Assembly: GCA_963705255.1 (NCBI GenBank)
Contig: OY970061.1
Span: forward strand, 2,112,001 to 2,176,000
Reading direction: 5' to 3'
Length of the DNA stretch: 64,000 nucleotides
From: an uncultured Methanoregulaceae archaeon
GTDB taxonomy: Archaea > Halobacteriota > Methanomicrobia > Methanomicrobiales > Methanospirillaceae
Shown here: positions 11,311 through 21,798 of the stretch, in pieces
Layout: every line of letters begins with the position of its first letter
Numbering within the stretch: position 1 is the first letter of the stretch
Position numbers and translations under genes: made by a program
The notes under the pieces: generated by a model
Told to the model about the DNA's origin: nothing
What the model saw: only the letters and a program-made list of their open reading frames with translations
Databases searched by the model: none

Positions 11311-14300
11311 TCATTGCAGCTTGATGTATGCTTTTCCTGAGGTTTTGACCTGTATGTCACTCGCAGTTTCAGAAACTGCACTGAGCGCATCATTCGCCTG
11401 GGCAAGGACACAGATATAATAGGTCCCCGCGGGCAGGGTACGGACATCAAGACTCGAGGACTCGCTCGATTCACCAGGTGGTATACTCGTCTGCTGGTTA
11501 AAGAGTACCCATGGCGATGCCCCGCATGTCTGCGGTTGCTGATAAACTGTCGAGTAATAGAGGCGTTCCATGGCAGTCTGTGCGCCCGGGTAGGTTGTAT
11601 TCCATTGCAACGGCACGAAATCGGTAATTATTCCTGACTGGGTCACCACGAAATTAGAGAGCTGAATCGACTGTGTGGTCACCCCGGTATTGGTAAGATT
11701 ATTGACCGCGGTGATATATGCAGGGGGGAGTGTCATCGAACTCGTTCCATTATTGAACGTGATGGTTGACGGGCCGCCAAACAGCTGGATGCTGCCTGCC
11801 TGTGTTACATTGAGCTCGAATATCGCCTGCCAGGTCTGGCCGAGATTTATGGTCCCGATGTTGAAGTTCAGTTGCTGGTTGAGATTCCATTGACCGGACT
11901 GATCCGTGTTATTTGTTACTCCGTCCTGCCAGGTGATATCCGTAGAACCGGGATTCGCAGCTACGTACCTGAAGACCTGGGCGCCCGGGACCGTTACACC
12001 GCTGACGTTCACATTCTGGAAATCCAAATTCATCTGGGTGTTCACGCCGGCCGCGGTCTGCAGATTTCCGGCAATATTGGTGTAGATTTGCGCAAGCGTG
12101 GCCGCGTCAGGAGCATTTGCATAAAATCCACCGGTTGCCCCCGCCAGTACTTCCATATCTGAGATCGCCTGTGGATCGAATGAATTATAGTAGGATATCG
12201 TATAGATCCGGATATTGTTGTTAGCGGCGAATACGGACATATTCTGTGCGGTAAATGCCCCATCGGTGCATGTAGATGTGGAAGAAGGTGTCGGTTTTGA
12301 TGAGGGGGTGTTCACCGTAGTTGTAACCGGACCTGGATTAGAGCCCGTAACAGTGATATAATTCGACTGTGCAATTTGATTGCTTCCGGCAGCGTTGGTC
12401 ACCGTTTCGGTAACTGTGTAATAGTGGGTTGATTTGTGTTGTGCGTAGGTATATACGGGATTCTGGAGGTTTGATGTCCCGGAATTATCTCCGAAATTCC
12501 AGCTCCACGAAGTGCCCGCGGTGATGCCGGTCGATGTGTCCGTGAACTGGACCTGACGGGCAGTTCCGGTTGTATTGCCGATAAAATTGGCCTCGGGGGG
12601 TGATATAAGGTCACCACCCAACCCGTTGTAATACAGGTATTTGTTCGGTTCAAGTGCGCTCGTACTGTAACCGGAGTATCCGGCGGGCGGAGCAGGGTAG
12701 TAGCCGGTCCCCCTGCCAAGGAAATCGCCCAGCCAGTTGTAATCCCCATCCGTCAGGAGAATGACCGCCCGCACCGCTTTCGGGTTGGGATTGGGATTAC
12801 TGTTGAGCAATGCAACGGACTGGTAGAGCCCGTCCCGCGTCCCTGTCACTCCGTTCGCCTTCAGATTATTGATCGCAGTATTAATCGTTGCAGAATTGGT
12901 CGTCAGTGGTGAATTGACAGTGGTATCGATATTCTGCCCGCTGTCATAACCGGAAAATGAGACAACGGCGATCCGGTCATTCGACGCATTCATCATGGAG
13001 ACAAAATTTTTTGCACCGGCTTGTGCATTCTGGAGCTCGGTTTTACCATTGCCCATCCCCGTGCTCATACTCCCGGATCTATCGATAAGGAGGACGGCAT
13101 CGATCGGATTCGGAGCGAGTGCCCACCCGTCCCCGGTCAGTTTGACGGTCACCGTGACCGTTCCATTTACCCCGACCGTTGGGGGGAAGACGCTCGTAAA
13201 GGCACTGAGATAAGGATAGTTCTTCCAGGTCAGAATGACGCTCTGCTGCATGCCATTCCACGTTGCAGTAACAGGACAGGTTCCGGTAGCCGTTGGATTA
13301 TAATACATCATCGAAGCGTTTGTTGAAAAACCCCCGGGAATAAACTGGACTATGGCATTACCGTTGCTATCAGTCACAGCACTGGTGCCTGTAAGTTTTG
13401 GTGCGGCGGTGACAATATCAGTACTTTTGTCATAGGTGGGGGTGCCAAGACTGAACGTCACCGTCTGGCCGGCCACAGGGTTGCCCATCACGTCCATGAC
13501 CTGTGCCGTTATATTCGCCGCAGTATTGTTATTCGCATCCAGACTGGGCATTATCTGAGGATCTGCGGTGAGCACCCAGTTCACGGGCGCCGTACTGTAA
13601 AAGGTCACCGTTTCATTGCAGGTGACCGAGGAATTCGCGAATGCCGTTGCCGTGAGGGTGACATTTTCAGCAGTGCCCTGCGGACCGTACGTCAGCCCTA
13701 TCTGACCAACCTGATTTGATGTCAGATTCGGATAATACTCGCCTGCACTTGTCTGAACAGATATATTCTGGCCAATTGTAGGGTTACCGTATTTGTCATA
13801 CAGAATGTATTCAACGGAAACGGTATGGGCCATATCTGCCGGCACGTCCGGGGGACTCGGGCTTGTTGTCTGGACGATCGACGCAGGAACACCATTGGCA
13901 ATGCCAAGAATAGATGGATATTCATCCGGGATAGCGCCAAATGTTTGCATATGGATATTGTTCTGTCCCGCAATGGAATCGAGCAGAACTTTCACCGATA
14001 GTACTCCCTGTCCATCCAGCTGCTGGGTAGTGCTGGTTACGTAGGCTCCATTACTATCAAAGGCTGCCTTTCCACTGACAGAACCGATCTGGAGTGAGAC
14101 GGTGTCGGGATCAGCAGGATTGCGGTGGTCGATGACGTTGCCCCACTGGTCGGTATAGGAGACATTGAACCAGATCTCGGTGCCGACGGATGCCTGAGGT
14201 GGCGATGTCACCGTCCAGTAAAACGGGACATCGTGATCAATCTGTTGAACGTAAACGAGATTTGTGATGTTGCCATTGTAAGTCAATGCTGCTCTGATGG

Positions 14301-14613
14301 TGGCGCTGCCACTTATTTTATTGACCGTGAACGTGGTTGACGCCTGGCCATTAGAATTGGTATTACTGCTTGATGGACTGACTGTCCCCATGCCAGTAGA
14401 ATTTGGATCCAGGGAGAAGGTTACCGGTATCCCGTTTTGATGTTCACCACTCGAATCCACGGCTGTAACCGTGATTGTTGACTGGGAATTCCCGTTTGCT
14501 ATCACCCATGTTTGCGTAGAGGTGATGGTCGAATTGGCGAGATCATTTGCCGCCACAGGGGCTATAAGAAGATAGAGACAGAGAATACCGATGATAGCGA
14601 AAAATATTCGCAT
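11311..14613 (-). CDS. Secreted invasin/Ig-like + von Willebrand factor A + PKD surface protein
   Basis: Signal peptide; Big_1-like repeats; MIDAS DRSGSM and LLTDG; PKD motif FTDTS...WSWNFGD...QNPVYTY inserted within the VWA domain. Confidence 0.85.
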   Translation of the reverse strand: MRIFFAIIGILCLYLLIAPVAANDLANSTITSTQTWVIANGNSQSTITVTAVDSSGEHQNGIPVTFSLDPNSTGMGTVSPSSSNTNSNGQASTTFTVNKISGSATIRAALTYNGNITNLVYVQQIDHDVPFYWTVTSPPQASVGTEIWFNVSYTDQWGNVIDHRNPADPDTVSLQIGSVSGKAAFDSNGAYVTSTTQQLDGQGVLSVKVLLDSIAGQNNIHMQTFGAIPDEYPSILGIANGVPASIVQTTSPSPPDVPADMAHTVSVEYILYDKYGNPTIGQNISVQTSAGEYYPNLTSNQVGQIGLTYGPQGTAENVTLTATAFANSSVTCNETVTFYSTAPVNWVLTADPQIMPSLDANNNTAANITAQVMDVMGNPVAGQTVTFSLGTPTYDKSTDIVTAAPKLTGTSAVTDSNGNAIVQFIPGGFSTNASMMYYNPTATGTCPVTATWNGMQQSVILTWKNYPYLSAFTSVFPPTVGVNGTVTVTVKLTGDGWALAPNPIDAVLLIDRSGSMSTGMGNGKTELQNAQAGAKNFVSMMNASNDRIAVVSFSGYDSGQNIDTTVNSPLTTNSATINTAINNLKANGVTGTRDGLYQSVALLNSNPNPNPKAVRAVILLTDGDYNWLGDFLGRGTGYYPAPPAGYSGYSTSALEPNKYLYYNGLGGDLISPPEANFIGNTTGTARQVQFTDTSTGITAGTSWSWNFGDNSGTSNLQNPVYTYAQHKSTHYYTVTETVTNAAGSNQIAQSNYITVTGSNPGPVTTTVNTPSSKPTPSSTSTCTDGAFTAQNMSVFAANNNIRIYTISYYNSFDPQAISDMEVLAGATGGFYANAPDAATLAQIYTNIAGNLQTAAGVNTQMNLDFQNVNVSGVTVPGAQVFRYVAANPGSTDITWQDGVTNNTDQSGQWNLNQQLNFNIGTINLGQTWQAIFELNVTQAGSIQLFGGPSTITFNNGTSSMTLPPAYITAVNNLTNTGVTTQSIQLSNFVVTQSGIITDFVPLQWNTTYPGAQTAMERLYYSTVYQQPQTCGASPWVLFNQQTSIPPGESSESSSLDVRTLPAGTYYICVLAQANDALSAVSETASDIQVKTSGKAYIKLQ

Positions 14614-14939
14614 GGCCAGCCCCTGAACAGGGGATTACATTTTAAAGTATAAATATTTATGCTTTTAAAAAAAACAGATTTTTCGTGCCCGTTCTCCAAA
14701 TAAAGATATAATCTATGAATATTATAGAGAGTTGTACTTTTTTTAAAGAGAAGTTGAAGAGATCCAGAATCTTCCATGGACGCATATAGATGCGCGTTCA
14801 CCTGGAATGGCTGCCGTGGGCCCACAGCCTAAGATCATGAAATATTTTTATTGATCTCCGCAACGCGGGGCTTCGCGGGAATTGTACGCAGATACGGCAA
14901 TTCACCCACCCTACGTTAAAAATGAAGAATAACGTATGA

Positions 14940-15854
14940 CTATTCTGTTTCAAGTTCTTTTTTGGCAGCCAGGATCTGTTTCAGCTGCTCTGCGGATATT
15001 TCCGGGCTGCTGAGGTTGAGCCCGCTGATAGCAGAGGTCACCACTTCGGCGACAAAGGTCCGGGCCGCCCACTTGTAATCAGCAGGAACAATGAACCATG
15101 GCGCATAATCAGTGGACGTTGCAGATAACATCTCCTCGTAGACTTTCGTATACCGGTCCCAGAACTGCCGTTCGGCAAGATCTGCGGTCGAGAACTTCCA
15201 GTACTTTTCCTTGTGGTCCAGCCGGTCGAGAAGCCGCTTCTTCTGTTCGTCTTTTGATATGTGGAGGAAAAACTTGAGGATGACCGTCCCGTTCCGGACA
15301 AGGTGCTTTTCAAAGGAATTGATATCCTTGAACCGGGCGGTCCAGAAACCATCGCTGCCCGGACCGAGATTTCCGGGGAGTGTTTCCACGCGTTCCGGGT
15401 GGACCCTCACCACCAGGACGTCCTCGTAGTACGAACGGTTGAATATGCCGATCATCCCGCGCTCGGGCAGCACCCGGGAGTAGCGCCAGAGAAAATCATG
15501 GGCATGGTCTTCCGGGCCCGGGACCTTGAAGCTGTGGACAGAGCAGCCCTGGGGGTTTACGCCGGACATAACGTGCCGGATCGTCCCGTCTTTTCCCGCC
15601 GTGTCCATTCCCTGCAGAACGATCAGCATCCCGTATTCCTGGGAGGCAGCGAGGAGTTCCTGGGCTTCTGCAAGCGCTGCCCGGTCTTTTTCAAGCATCT
15701 CCTCAAGCAGGCCCTTTGCTCTCTCTTCGCTCATCGTTTTGAGCAACTCATGCCGGACCCAGCCGGTATCGTATCTTTTCAGGTGCACCTTTTTCCCCGG
15801 CTCGACCCTGAACATCCGGAGATAGTCCTTCACTTTCGGCCCTCTGAGTTCCAT
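14940..15854 (-). CDS. ppk2: Polyphosphate kinase 2 (PPK2, class III-like)
   Basis: LQGMDTAGKDG Walker A, HDFLWR, FNRSYYEDVL, WKFS..D, APW..VPAD.K. Confidence 0.93.
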   Translation of the reverse strand: MELRGPKVKDYLRMFRVEPGKKVHLKRYDTGWVRHELLKTMSEERAKGLLEEMLEKDRAALAEAQELLAASQEYGMLIVLQGMDTAGKDGTIRHVMSGVNPQGCSVHSFKVPGPEDHAHDFLWRYSRVLPERGMIGIFNRSYYEDVLVVRVHPERVETLPGNLGPGSDGFWTARFKDINSFEKHLVRNGTVILKFFLHISKDEQKKRLLDRLDHKEKYWKFSTADLAERQFWDRYTKVYEEMLSATSTDYAPWFIVPADYKWAARTFVAEVVTSAISGLNLSSPEISAEQLKQILAAKKELETE

Positions 15855-15904
15855 TCTTTTCACCGTCGTGCTCTCACTGACAAACTTCGCCCCCCGGTTT
15901 CCGG

Positions 15905-16469
15905 TCAGGCAATGTTTTCTCCTGTTTCCACCGGGCGGACGCTGATATCCATCCCGGCGATCCTCCTGCAGACCTTTGCAGTCTTGTTCTTGGTCCAGCG
16001 GTCGAAAACGAGCGACTGGAACGGCTGCCAGATGGTCACCCAGCAGAAGATCACCAGCACGTTCTCAACGACCTCGGTGAGGGGGTTCCCTTTGAACTGG
16101 GAACAGATGGCAATGCCGAGGAATGAGGGAATACACACGGCGATCGTCAGCCGGAACTCCCGGAGGCTCGACCTTCTGGGTGAGCCTCCCCTCTTTCAGA
16201 TAGTCGAGCGACCGGTTCCGGAAATGTGCCCGCACCGCAGAGACAATTGCATCCCTGCGATCCGGGGTAAGTTCTGAAGCGGGCAGGAGGATCTCCAGCC
16301 GGTCGAACATCTCCCCGCGATACCCTTTCGGGACGTCCAGCACTTCACGGAAGATCTGCTCCTCGGCACGATCCGACAACCCGCGGTTGTTCTCGGGAGT
16401 CGGATCATCCGGGTCAAAGAAATGAGCAATCGTCCGGAACGTTACGGACGCACACGTGTTCTTCTGCAT
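15905..16469 (-). CDS. Hypothetical membrane protein, frameshifted near 16170
   Basis: The 16065..16469 and 15905..16138 ORFs join into one gene with two C-terminal TM segments (WVTIWQP). Confidence 0.55.
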
Positions 16470-16489
16470 GTCTGGTCTCCAGATTTTTT

Positions 16490-16733
16490 CTCATTATCTC
16501 TAAAGTCAGCAGGGATTGAAATACACCATCAGCACCATCTCAGGACCAGCGATCATGAGCATCTGCACCGGGGTACCGCCCACCGGTTATTGACCAGGTT
16601 CATACCAGGGAACCCCCCCAACGATTGCCAGGACCCCGGTAAGCGCTGTGAGAACTGCGAGAATCTTCATGACGCGTGCAGGTGCCTTATCCCCGTTTTC
16701 GCCACCTTTCCAGATAGTATGAACCAGTCTCAT
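16490..16733 (-). pseudogene. Possible CorA C-terminal remnant
   Basis: VMKILAVLTALTGVLAIVGG, then FPGMN after removing one G from a G7 run. This resembles CorA TM1 and the GMN motif; disrupted. Confidence 0.35.
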
Positions 16734-16879
16734 CCCCGCTCTCATTTATAAATAACGTTTTTGTTTCACGGGTCTCTGCCGGCAATATCCCCATGACAGG
16801 AATTCGTGGCAGCGGGAACGGATTTTGGAAGCATTCTTATGGGGAAAAATGCAATGTCCCATATTCTGGACATGATACC

Positions 16880-18328
16880 ATGAATGAACCCACCGCCTCC
16901 CCGAAGATGGCCAAAAAAGATCTCCTGATCGTTATCGTGATCGCCCTCGGGTCGTTCATGGCCGGCCTTGATGCCACTATCGTGAATATCGCCCTTCCGG
17001 ATATCGCAAAATCCCTTGACGTCTCAACCGTGACCGTCTCGTGGGTGCTCAACGCGTACCTGATCATCCTCGTGAGTCTCCTGCTTGCAGCGTCAAGGCT
17101 CGGAGATATGAAGGGATACCGGAATATCTTCATTGGCGGCTTTGCACTCTTCACCGCCGGCTCCGCGCTGTGCGGTCTTGCGCCCGCGTTTGATGTCCTG
17201 ATCATCGCCCGGATGCTCCAGGCCGTCGGCGGGGCGGTCATCTCCGCGCTGGGGGCGGTCATGGTCACCTCGTACCTGTCGGCATCCGTGCGCGGTCAGG
17301 CGCTCGGGATCGTCGCCATGTTCACGATGCTCGGGGCAGCCCTCGGGCCGGTGATCGGGGGATTTTTGACGAGCGCGTTCTCCTGGCGCTTCATCTTCTA
17401 CGTGAACCTGCCGGTGGGAATCATTGCGATCCTCCTGGGGATGCACATCATCCCCCGAAGGGCACCCGTTACACCCGACGCAAAACTGGATATTCCGGGC
17501 GTGGTGCTGGTCTTTGTGGCACTCTCGACCCTCATTGTCGGTCTGACATCTGTCCAGGGTGACAACGCACTCGTTGGTATGGCTGCCCTCGTGGTATCGG
17601 TCATCTTCTGGATCCTCTTCTATGTGCAGGAACGGCGGTCAAAAGAAGCGCTGGTCAATATCAGCCTGCTGTCCGGCCGGGCATACACGCTCCAGAACGT
17701 GAACGTGATGCTGATCCAGATGGCGATGGCGGGCGTGATGGTCATCATGCCTTTCTACCTTGAACTGGTAAAGAACATCCATGCCGACAATGCCGGGACG
17801 ATCCTGCTTGCCCTTCCGGTGGGGATGATCCTGACGGCTCCGCTCGCCGGGAAGATCTCGGACGTGATCGGGACGAAAAAACCGATTATCACGGGTTTTG
17901 TTCTCTGTGCCGTCTCCCTTCTCCTCCTCTCTACCATCTCCGAGCGCACCAGCGTGGGCCATATCTGCGTCTACCTCTTCCTGCTGGGCGCTGGTTCCGG
18001 GGTCGCGTTCTCCCCGCTCAACAGTGCGGTCATGGGGGAGGCGCCGGTGAAAGACCGGGGGGCAACGAGCGGGCTCGTCAAGATGATGACCAACCTCGGG
18101 TCGTCGCTTGGCGTGGCCATGGTCATGCTCGTTGCGACCATGGCGGCCGGGCCAAAACTCGCCGAAGTTTCCGCCCACACGCTCCCGTCATCCGCCCTCG
18201 CCGCGGCGTTTGATGCCGCCTTCCTCTTCTGCATGGTGCTGGAGATCATCGGGGTTGTCCTGATGCTTGCCGTTGCGGAGAAAGAGCCCTCAGGCAGCAG
18301 CGACGGGGAAGTAGCGATCGGGTTCTAG
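16880..18328 (+). CDS. MFS DHA2 (EmrB/QacA) efflux transporter
   Basis: LDATIVNIALP, LGPVIGG..WRFIFYVNLPVG; about 14 TM segments. Confidence 0.9.
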   Translation: MNEPTASPKMAKKDLLIVIVIALGSFMAGLDATIVNIALPDIAKSLDVSTVTVSWVLNAYLIILVSLLLAASRLGDMKGYRNIFIGGFALFTAGSALCGLAPAFDVLIIARMLQAVGGAVISALGAVMVTSYLSASVRGQALGIVAMFTMLGAALGPVIGGFLTSAFSWRFIFYVNLPVGIIAILLGMHIIPRRAPVTPDAKLDIPGVVLVFVALSTLIVGLTSVQGDNALVGMAALVVSVIFWILFYVQERRSKEALVNISLLSGRAYTLQNVNVMLIQMAMAGVMVIMPFYLELVKNIHADNAGTILLALPVGMILTAPLAGKISDVIGTKKPIITGFVLCAVSLLLLSTISERTSVGHICVYLFLLGAGSGVAFSPLNSAVMGEAPVKDRGATSGLVKMMTNLGSSLGVAMVMLVATMAAGPKLAEVSAHTLPSSALAAAFDAAFLFCMVLEIIGVVLMLAVAEKEPSGSSDGEVAIGF

Positions 18329-18430
18329 ACGGTGGGCGGGAGAGGGTAGCTTTTTCCCTCTCTCCTACATCCCCCTTCCTGTTTTTCATCATCAATACGG
18401 TTATTTTCCCGGTAACGAAGTACTACAACA

Positions 18431-20815
18431 ATGCCGAGGCCGGACCCTGCTCCCTGTGAGGAACCTGACACGAATCCCGGGAACCGTGCGGAAACCTTCC
18501 TTTTCGATGACCTCACCAGCTGGCGCGAACATCTCGCCCGGAGCATCGCGAGGAACAACATCGGGCTGCGCAGCGAACAGATCGCGGCTGCCACGAACCG
18601 GATCATCTTCTCCACCCTCTTCCTGCGCATAGCAGAGGACCGGGGGCTCGTGGCGGCAGGTACCCTGCAGCAGATCAGCGATCATGGTGACCAGTACGGG
18701 CAGCTGCTGGAGACCGCCTCGTACCTGTCCGGACTCTGGGAAGACAGGGACAATCCTTCCCTAGCGCCTCCCGTTCCCATGGGAATGCTCATCATCGAAG
18801 ACCGCGTGCTCAGTGCGGTACTTTCCCGTCTCGTATCCGACGACAGGCCGTATCATTTTGACCATCTCGATCTGGAAGTCGTTGCCGGGGTGCTGGAGCA
18901 CTATCTCACCCGGACCGTCAGAAGATCCGCGGCGCACCAGGTGACCGTGGTCGATACTCACGATACTGTCCTGTCCCGCGGCAGGACGTCCCCTCCCCTC
19001 CATGTGATCCGGTATATGGCAACGACCTCCCTTGATGGAGCGAGGTTGAACCGCTCGCCCCGTGATGTGCTGCCGCTCCGGGTCCTCGATCCTTCATGCG
19101 GGGCCGGAACGGTACTTCTCTGCATCTTCCGGGCTCTCCTTGTATCCGGAGGAGGTAACCGGCTGACCTTAGACGAATGCCACACCATCCTCGTCGATTC
19201 CCTCTACGGGGTGGACATAAGCCGGCAAGCCGTTGCGGTGACAAAGATGCTCCTGCTCTTCCGGCTCTTTGAGGTGTGCACACCTTCCCAGGTACCGCAG
19301 GATGTTCCGGGCATAACAGAACGTGTGCTCCGTGACCTGCGGCACACGGTCCGGTGCGGGAATGCTCTCATCGCGCCCGATATCGTGAAAGACGAATCAT
19401 GGATGTTCTGCCCGGCGAGGGAGCGCCACACGCTCAACCCGTTTGCATGGCCCGGGGAGTTCCCGGAAATTTTTGCAGCGGGAGGGTTCGATGCAATGAT
19501 CAGCAATCCCCCGGAGGGGCTGCCAGAACAGAAAGAATGGATCCAGCGATACCTGCAGCGGCACTACGCGGTCTATGACCCGGAGGTTGACCTGTCGGCA
19601 TTCTTTGTCGAAAAAGGGCTTGTGCTTCTCCGGCCCGGCGGGACCCTATGTTTCTCCATGAGTGACCGCTGGTTCCGGGGGAGGGCCGGGTCGCCGCTGA
19701 GATCTCTTCTCACAACAAACCAGATCGAGGAGATCGTGGATCTTCCGGGATCCGGCGGGGTCCTAGATGAAAAAGGGATCAATATTCTCCGGCTCATCAA
19801 CCGCCCCCCGTCCCACCCTGCCATGGTGACGCTGGTGGATCCCGCATTTTCAGGAGACCTGGAGGAGTATGTAAAGGCCCGCCATTTCCCGGTTGACCAG
19901 GCAGATTTTGGTGAAGGAGGCTGGACACTCCTCGACGGGAGGACCGAGGAGATCCTGGAAAAAATCCGGAAGTCCGGTTCCCCGCTTGAGGACTATGTTA
20001 TGGGGCAGGTCCACCCAGGGACAGAATGTGCATCCGACCCGGCTTTTGTCATCGATAGCAGTCTTGGGAAAACCCTGATCAGCGCAGACCCGCGATGCAA
20101 GGGGTTCATACGGCCGGTGATCACCGGAGACATGATCGGACGGTACGAACCGGCAGTGCACACCTCGTTTGCGGTCTTCATCCCGCAGGGCTGGACGGAC
20201 CACCACCCGGGAGCCCCCTCCAACCCGTGGCGCTGGTTTAAAAAACGGCACCCGGTGCTCGCCCGTTTCCTGAAGTCCCGGAAATCAGCGCAAGCGGAAA
20301 CTGCCCCGGATCACTGGTGGGAGACCGCGTGCAGCGAGGAGTTCTGGCGGGAATCGCATCCCAAAATTATTTTTATGAACCGGTTCCGGGGACTGGCATT
20401 CGGGTTCGATCCCGGTCGCGGTATCGCGGGCCCATCGGTATGGGCTCTCGCGTCTTCAAGCCTCTATCTCCTCGGCATCCTGAACAGCCGTCTGATCTCG
20501 TTTGTTTTTGCCCATACCGTCCGATCATCATCCCGGCATCGCACGGAGTTCTCAGGTGACGATCTGATGGGTATCCCGGTCTACACCCCCGACTTCGACA
20601 ACCCGGATGACAAAGCCCGGCACGATCGCATGGTCGCGCTCGTCACTGAAATGCTGGAGCTGCACAAGCACCTGAGCCAGGCAAAGACCGACCAGGAGAA
20701 ACGGATCATCACGCAGGAAATAGAATCGACCGACCGGCAGATCGACTCGCTGGTGTACGGGCTCTACGGGCTGACGGCCGATGAGATTATGGTGGTGGAA
20801 GCGAACTCTGCCTGA
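18431..20815 (+). CDS. Eco57I/type IIG-like N6 DNA methyltransferase-TRD protein, probably catalytically degenerate
   Basis: LDPSCGAG motif I, YGVDI, GGFDAMISNPPE (canonical NPPY), LLGILNS, and C-terminal IDSLVYGLYGLT. Confidence 0.75.
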   Translation: MPRPDPAPCEEPDTNPGNRAETFLFDDLTSWREHLARSIARNNIGLRSEQIAAATNRIIFSTLFLRIAEDRGLVAAGTLQQISDHGDQYGQLLETASYLSGLWEDRDNPSLAPPVPMGMLIIEDRVLSAVLSRLVSDDRPYHFDHLDLEVVAGVLEHYLTRTVRRSAAHQVTVVDTHDTVLSRGRTSPPLHVIRYMATTSLDGARLNRSPRDVLPLRVLDPSCGAGTVLLCIFRALLVSGGGNRLTLDECHTILVDSLYGVDISRQAVAVTKMLLLFRLFEVCTPSQVPQDVPGITERVLRDLRHTVRCGNALIAPDIVKDESWMFCPARERHTLNPFAWPGEFPEIFAAGGFDAMISNPPEGLPEQKEWIQRYLQRHYAVYDPEVDLSAFFVEKGLVLLRPGGTLCFSMSDRWFRGRAGSPLRSLLTTNQIEEIVDLPGSGGVLDEKGINILRLINRPPSHPAMVTLVDPAFSGDLEEYVKARHFPVDQADFGEGGWTLLDGRTEEILEKIRKSGSPLEDYVMGQVHPGTECASDPAFVIDSSLGKTLISADPRCKGFIRPVITGDMIGRYEPAVHTSFAVFIPQGWTDHHPGAPSNPWRWFKKRHPVLARFLKSRKSAQAETAPDHWWETACSEEFWRESHPKIIFMNRFRGLAFGFDPGRGIAGPSVWALASSSLYLLGILNSRLISFVFAHTVRSSSRHRTEFSGDDLMGIPVYTPDFDNPDDKARHDRMVALVTEMLELHKHLSQAKTDQEKRIITQEIESTDRQIDSLVYGLYGLTADEIMVVEANSA

Positions 20816-21259
20816 AAGGCAGAGCGAGCTGGAGAAGAAATTTCAATTTCTTCGATAGAAGAGCGTCGGGAAGTAACCCATTCACTTTTTTTGCTCTGAG
20901 AATTCCCCTGACGTTCCTGGGGAGGAGGCAAGCATATCCCCTTGCCGGGTACTCGCCGGGTCCCAATCACATCCCCTCCCGCTTTTGGTCTCCATAACGT
21001 TGCTATATACGACCTCATCCATTCCCGCCGGAGATTGCCCGATTATTCCTGGCCGGTTCCGCATTTTTCCGAATTATGACCTCTAAAATCCAGGGTTCTG
21101 GGGAAAAGAGGTACAGCCAGGCCCGCAGCGGGCTTTGATGTACCAGAATTCCCGCAGGGATTTTTGACCGTGAAAGCCGCTTCATCTGACGATAACATCT
21201 GGCCTGGTCTTCGGTGAGATCACTCCTTTAAAACAGGATTTCTACAGAGCATAAATTTG

Positions 21260-21790
21260 TTAAAACGACCAGTTTTCTTCCCTGAACATTCCGAAATGAT
21301 CAGTTGAGTCAATTCGCAAGCAAGAACAGACATCCGGGATCTTTTTCATGTTATTGGGATGCAGACGGGGATTGTCACTAAGTTTTCCTTTTTCATTTGT
21401 GACAACACAAATCTTGTAGCGTGTCAGGGTTTGCTGAGGTTGATCTCTCATCGTTAACGCCAAAGCGACAACGAATGGATCTGCATGATGCAATTTATCG
21501 GATTCAGCATCTGCTAATCGTGGAAATTGTGTCAGGACCTCTTGGGTTTTTATGATAAGATCGTCATCGAACTCCTGAAAAATAAAATCGTGATCAGTTA
21601 CCCATTGCAGGAGAAGATCATATCCTTCGAGAAGTTCCTTTTTCACTTCAACAGGCGCCACCAGTAGTCCGGAAACGGCGAGATCGTAGATGTGCTCCCA
21701 GACACTCGGAAATATATCCGGGGGATACTGTCGTTGCAGTTCGATAAGAGAAGAAGTATCGATAATATACAGATTTTCAGTCCCGGACAT
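21260..21790 (-). CDS. DUF4411 PIN-domain nuclease (putative toxin)
   Basis: YIIDTSSL, FPSVW, V..EL, ADPFVVALA, VVTNE, KIPDVC. Confidence 0.85.
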   Translation of the reverse strand: MSGTENLYIIDTSSLIELQRQYPPDIFPSVWEHIYDLAVSGLLVAPVEVKKELLEGYDLLLQWVTDHDFIFQEFDDDLIIKTQEVLTQFPRLADAESDKLHHADPFVVALALTMRDQPQQTLTRYKICVVTNEKGKLSDNPRLHPNNMKKIPDVCSCLRIDSTDHFGMFREENWSF

Positions 21791-21798
21791 TCAGATAC

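Noticed and set aside
15261-16277. Long antisense ORFs (also 23587..24564, 44257..45291, 48368..49738)
   Set aside because: These are shadow ORFs of GC-rich real genes on the opposite strand and have no recognisable motifs.
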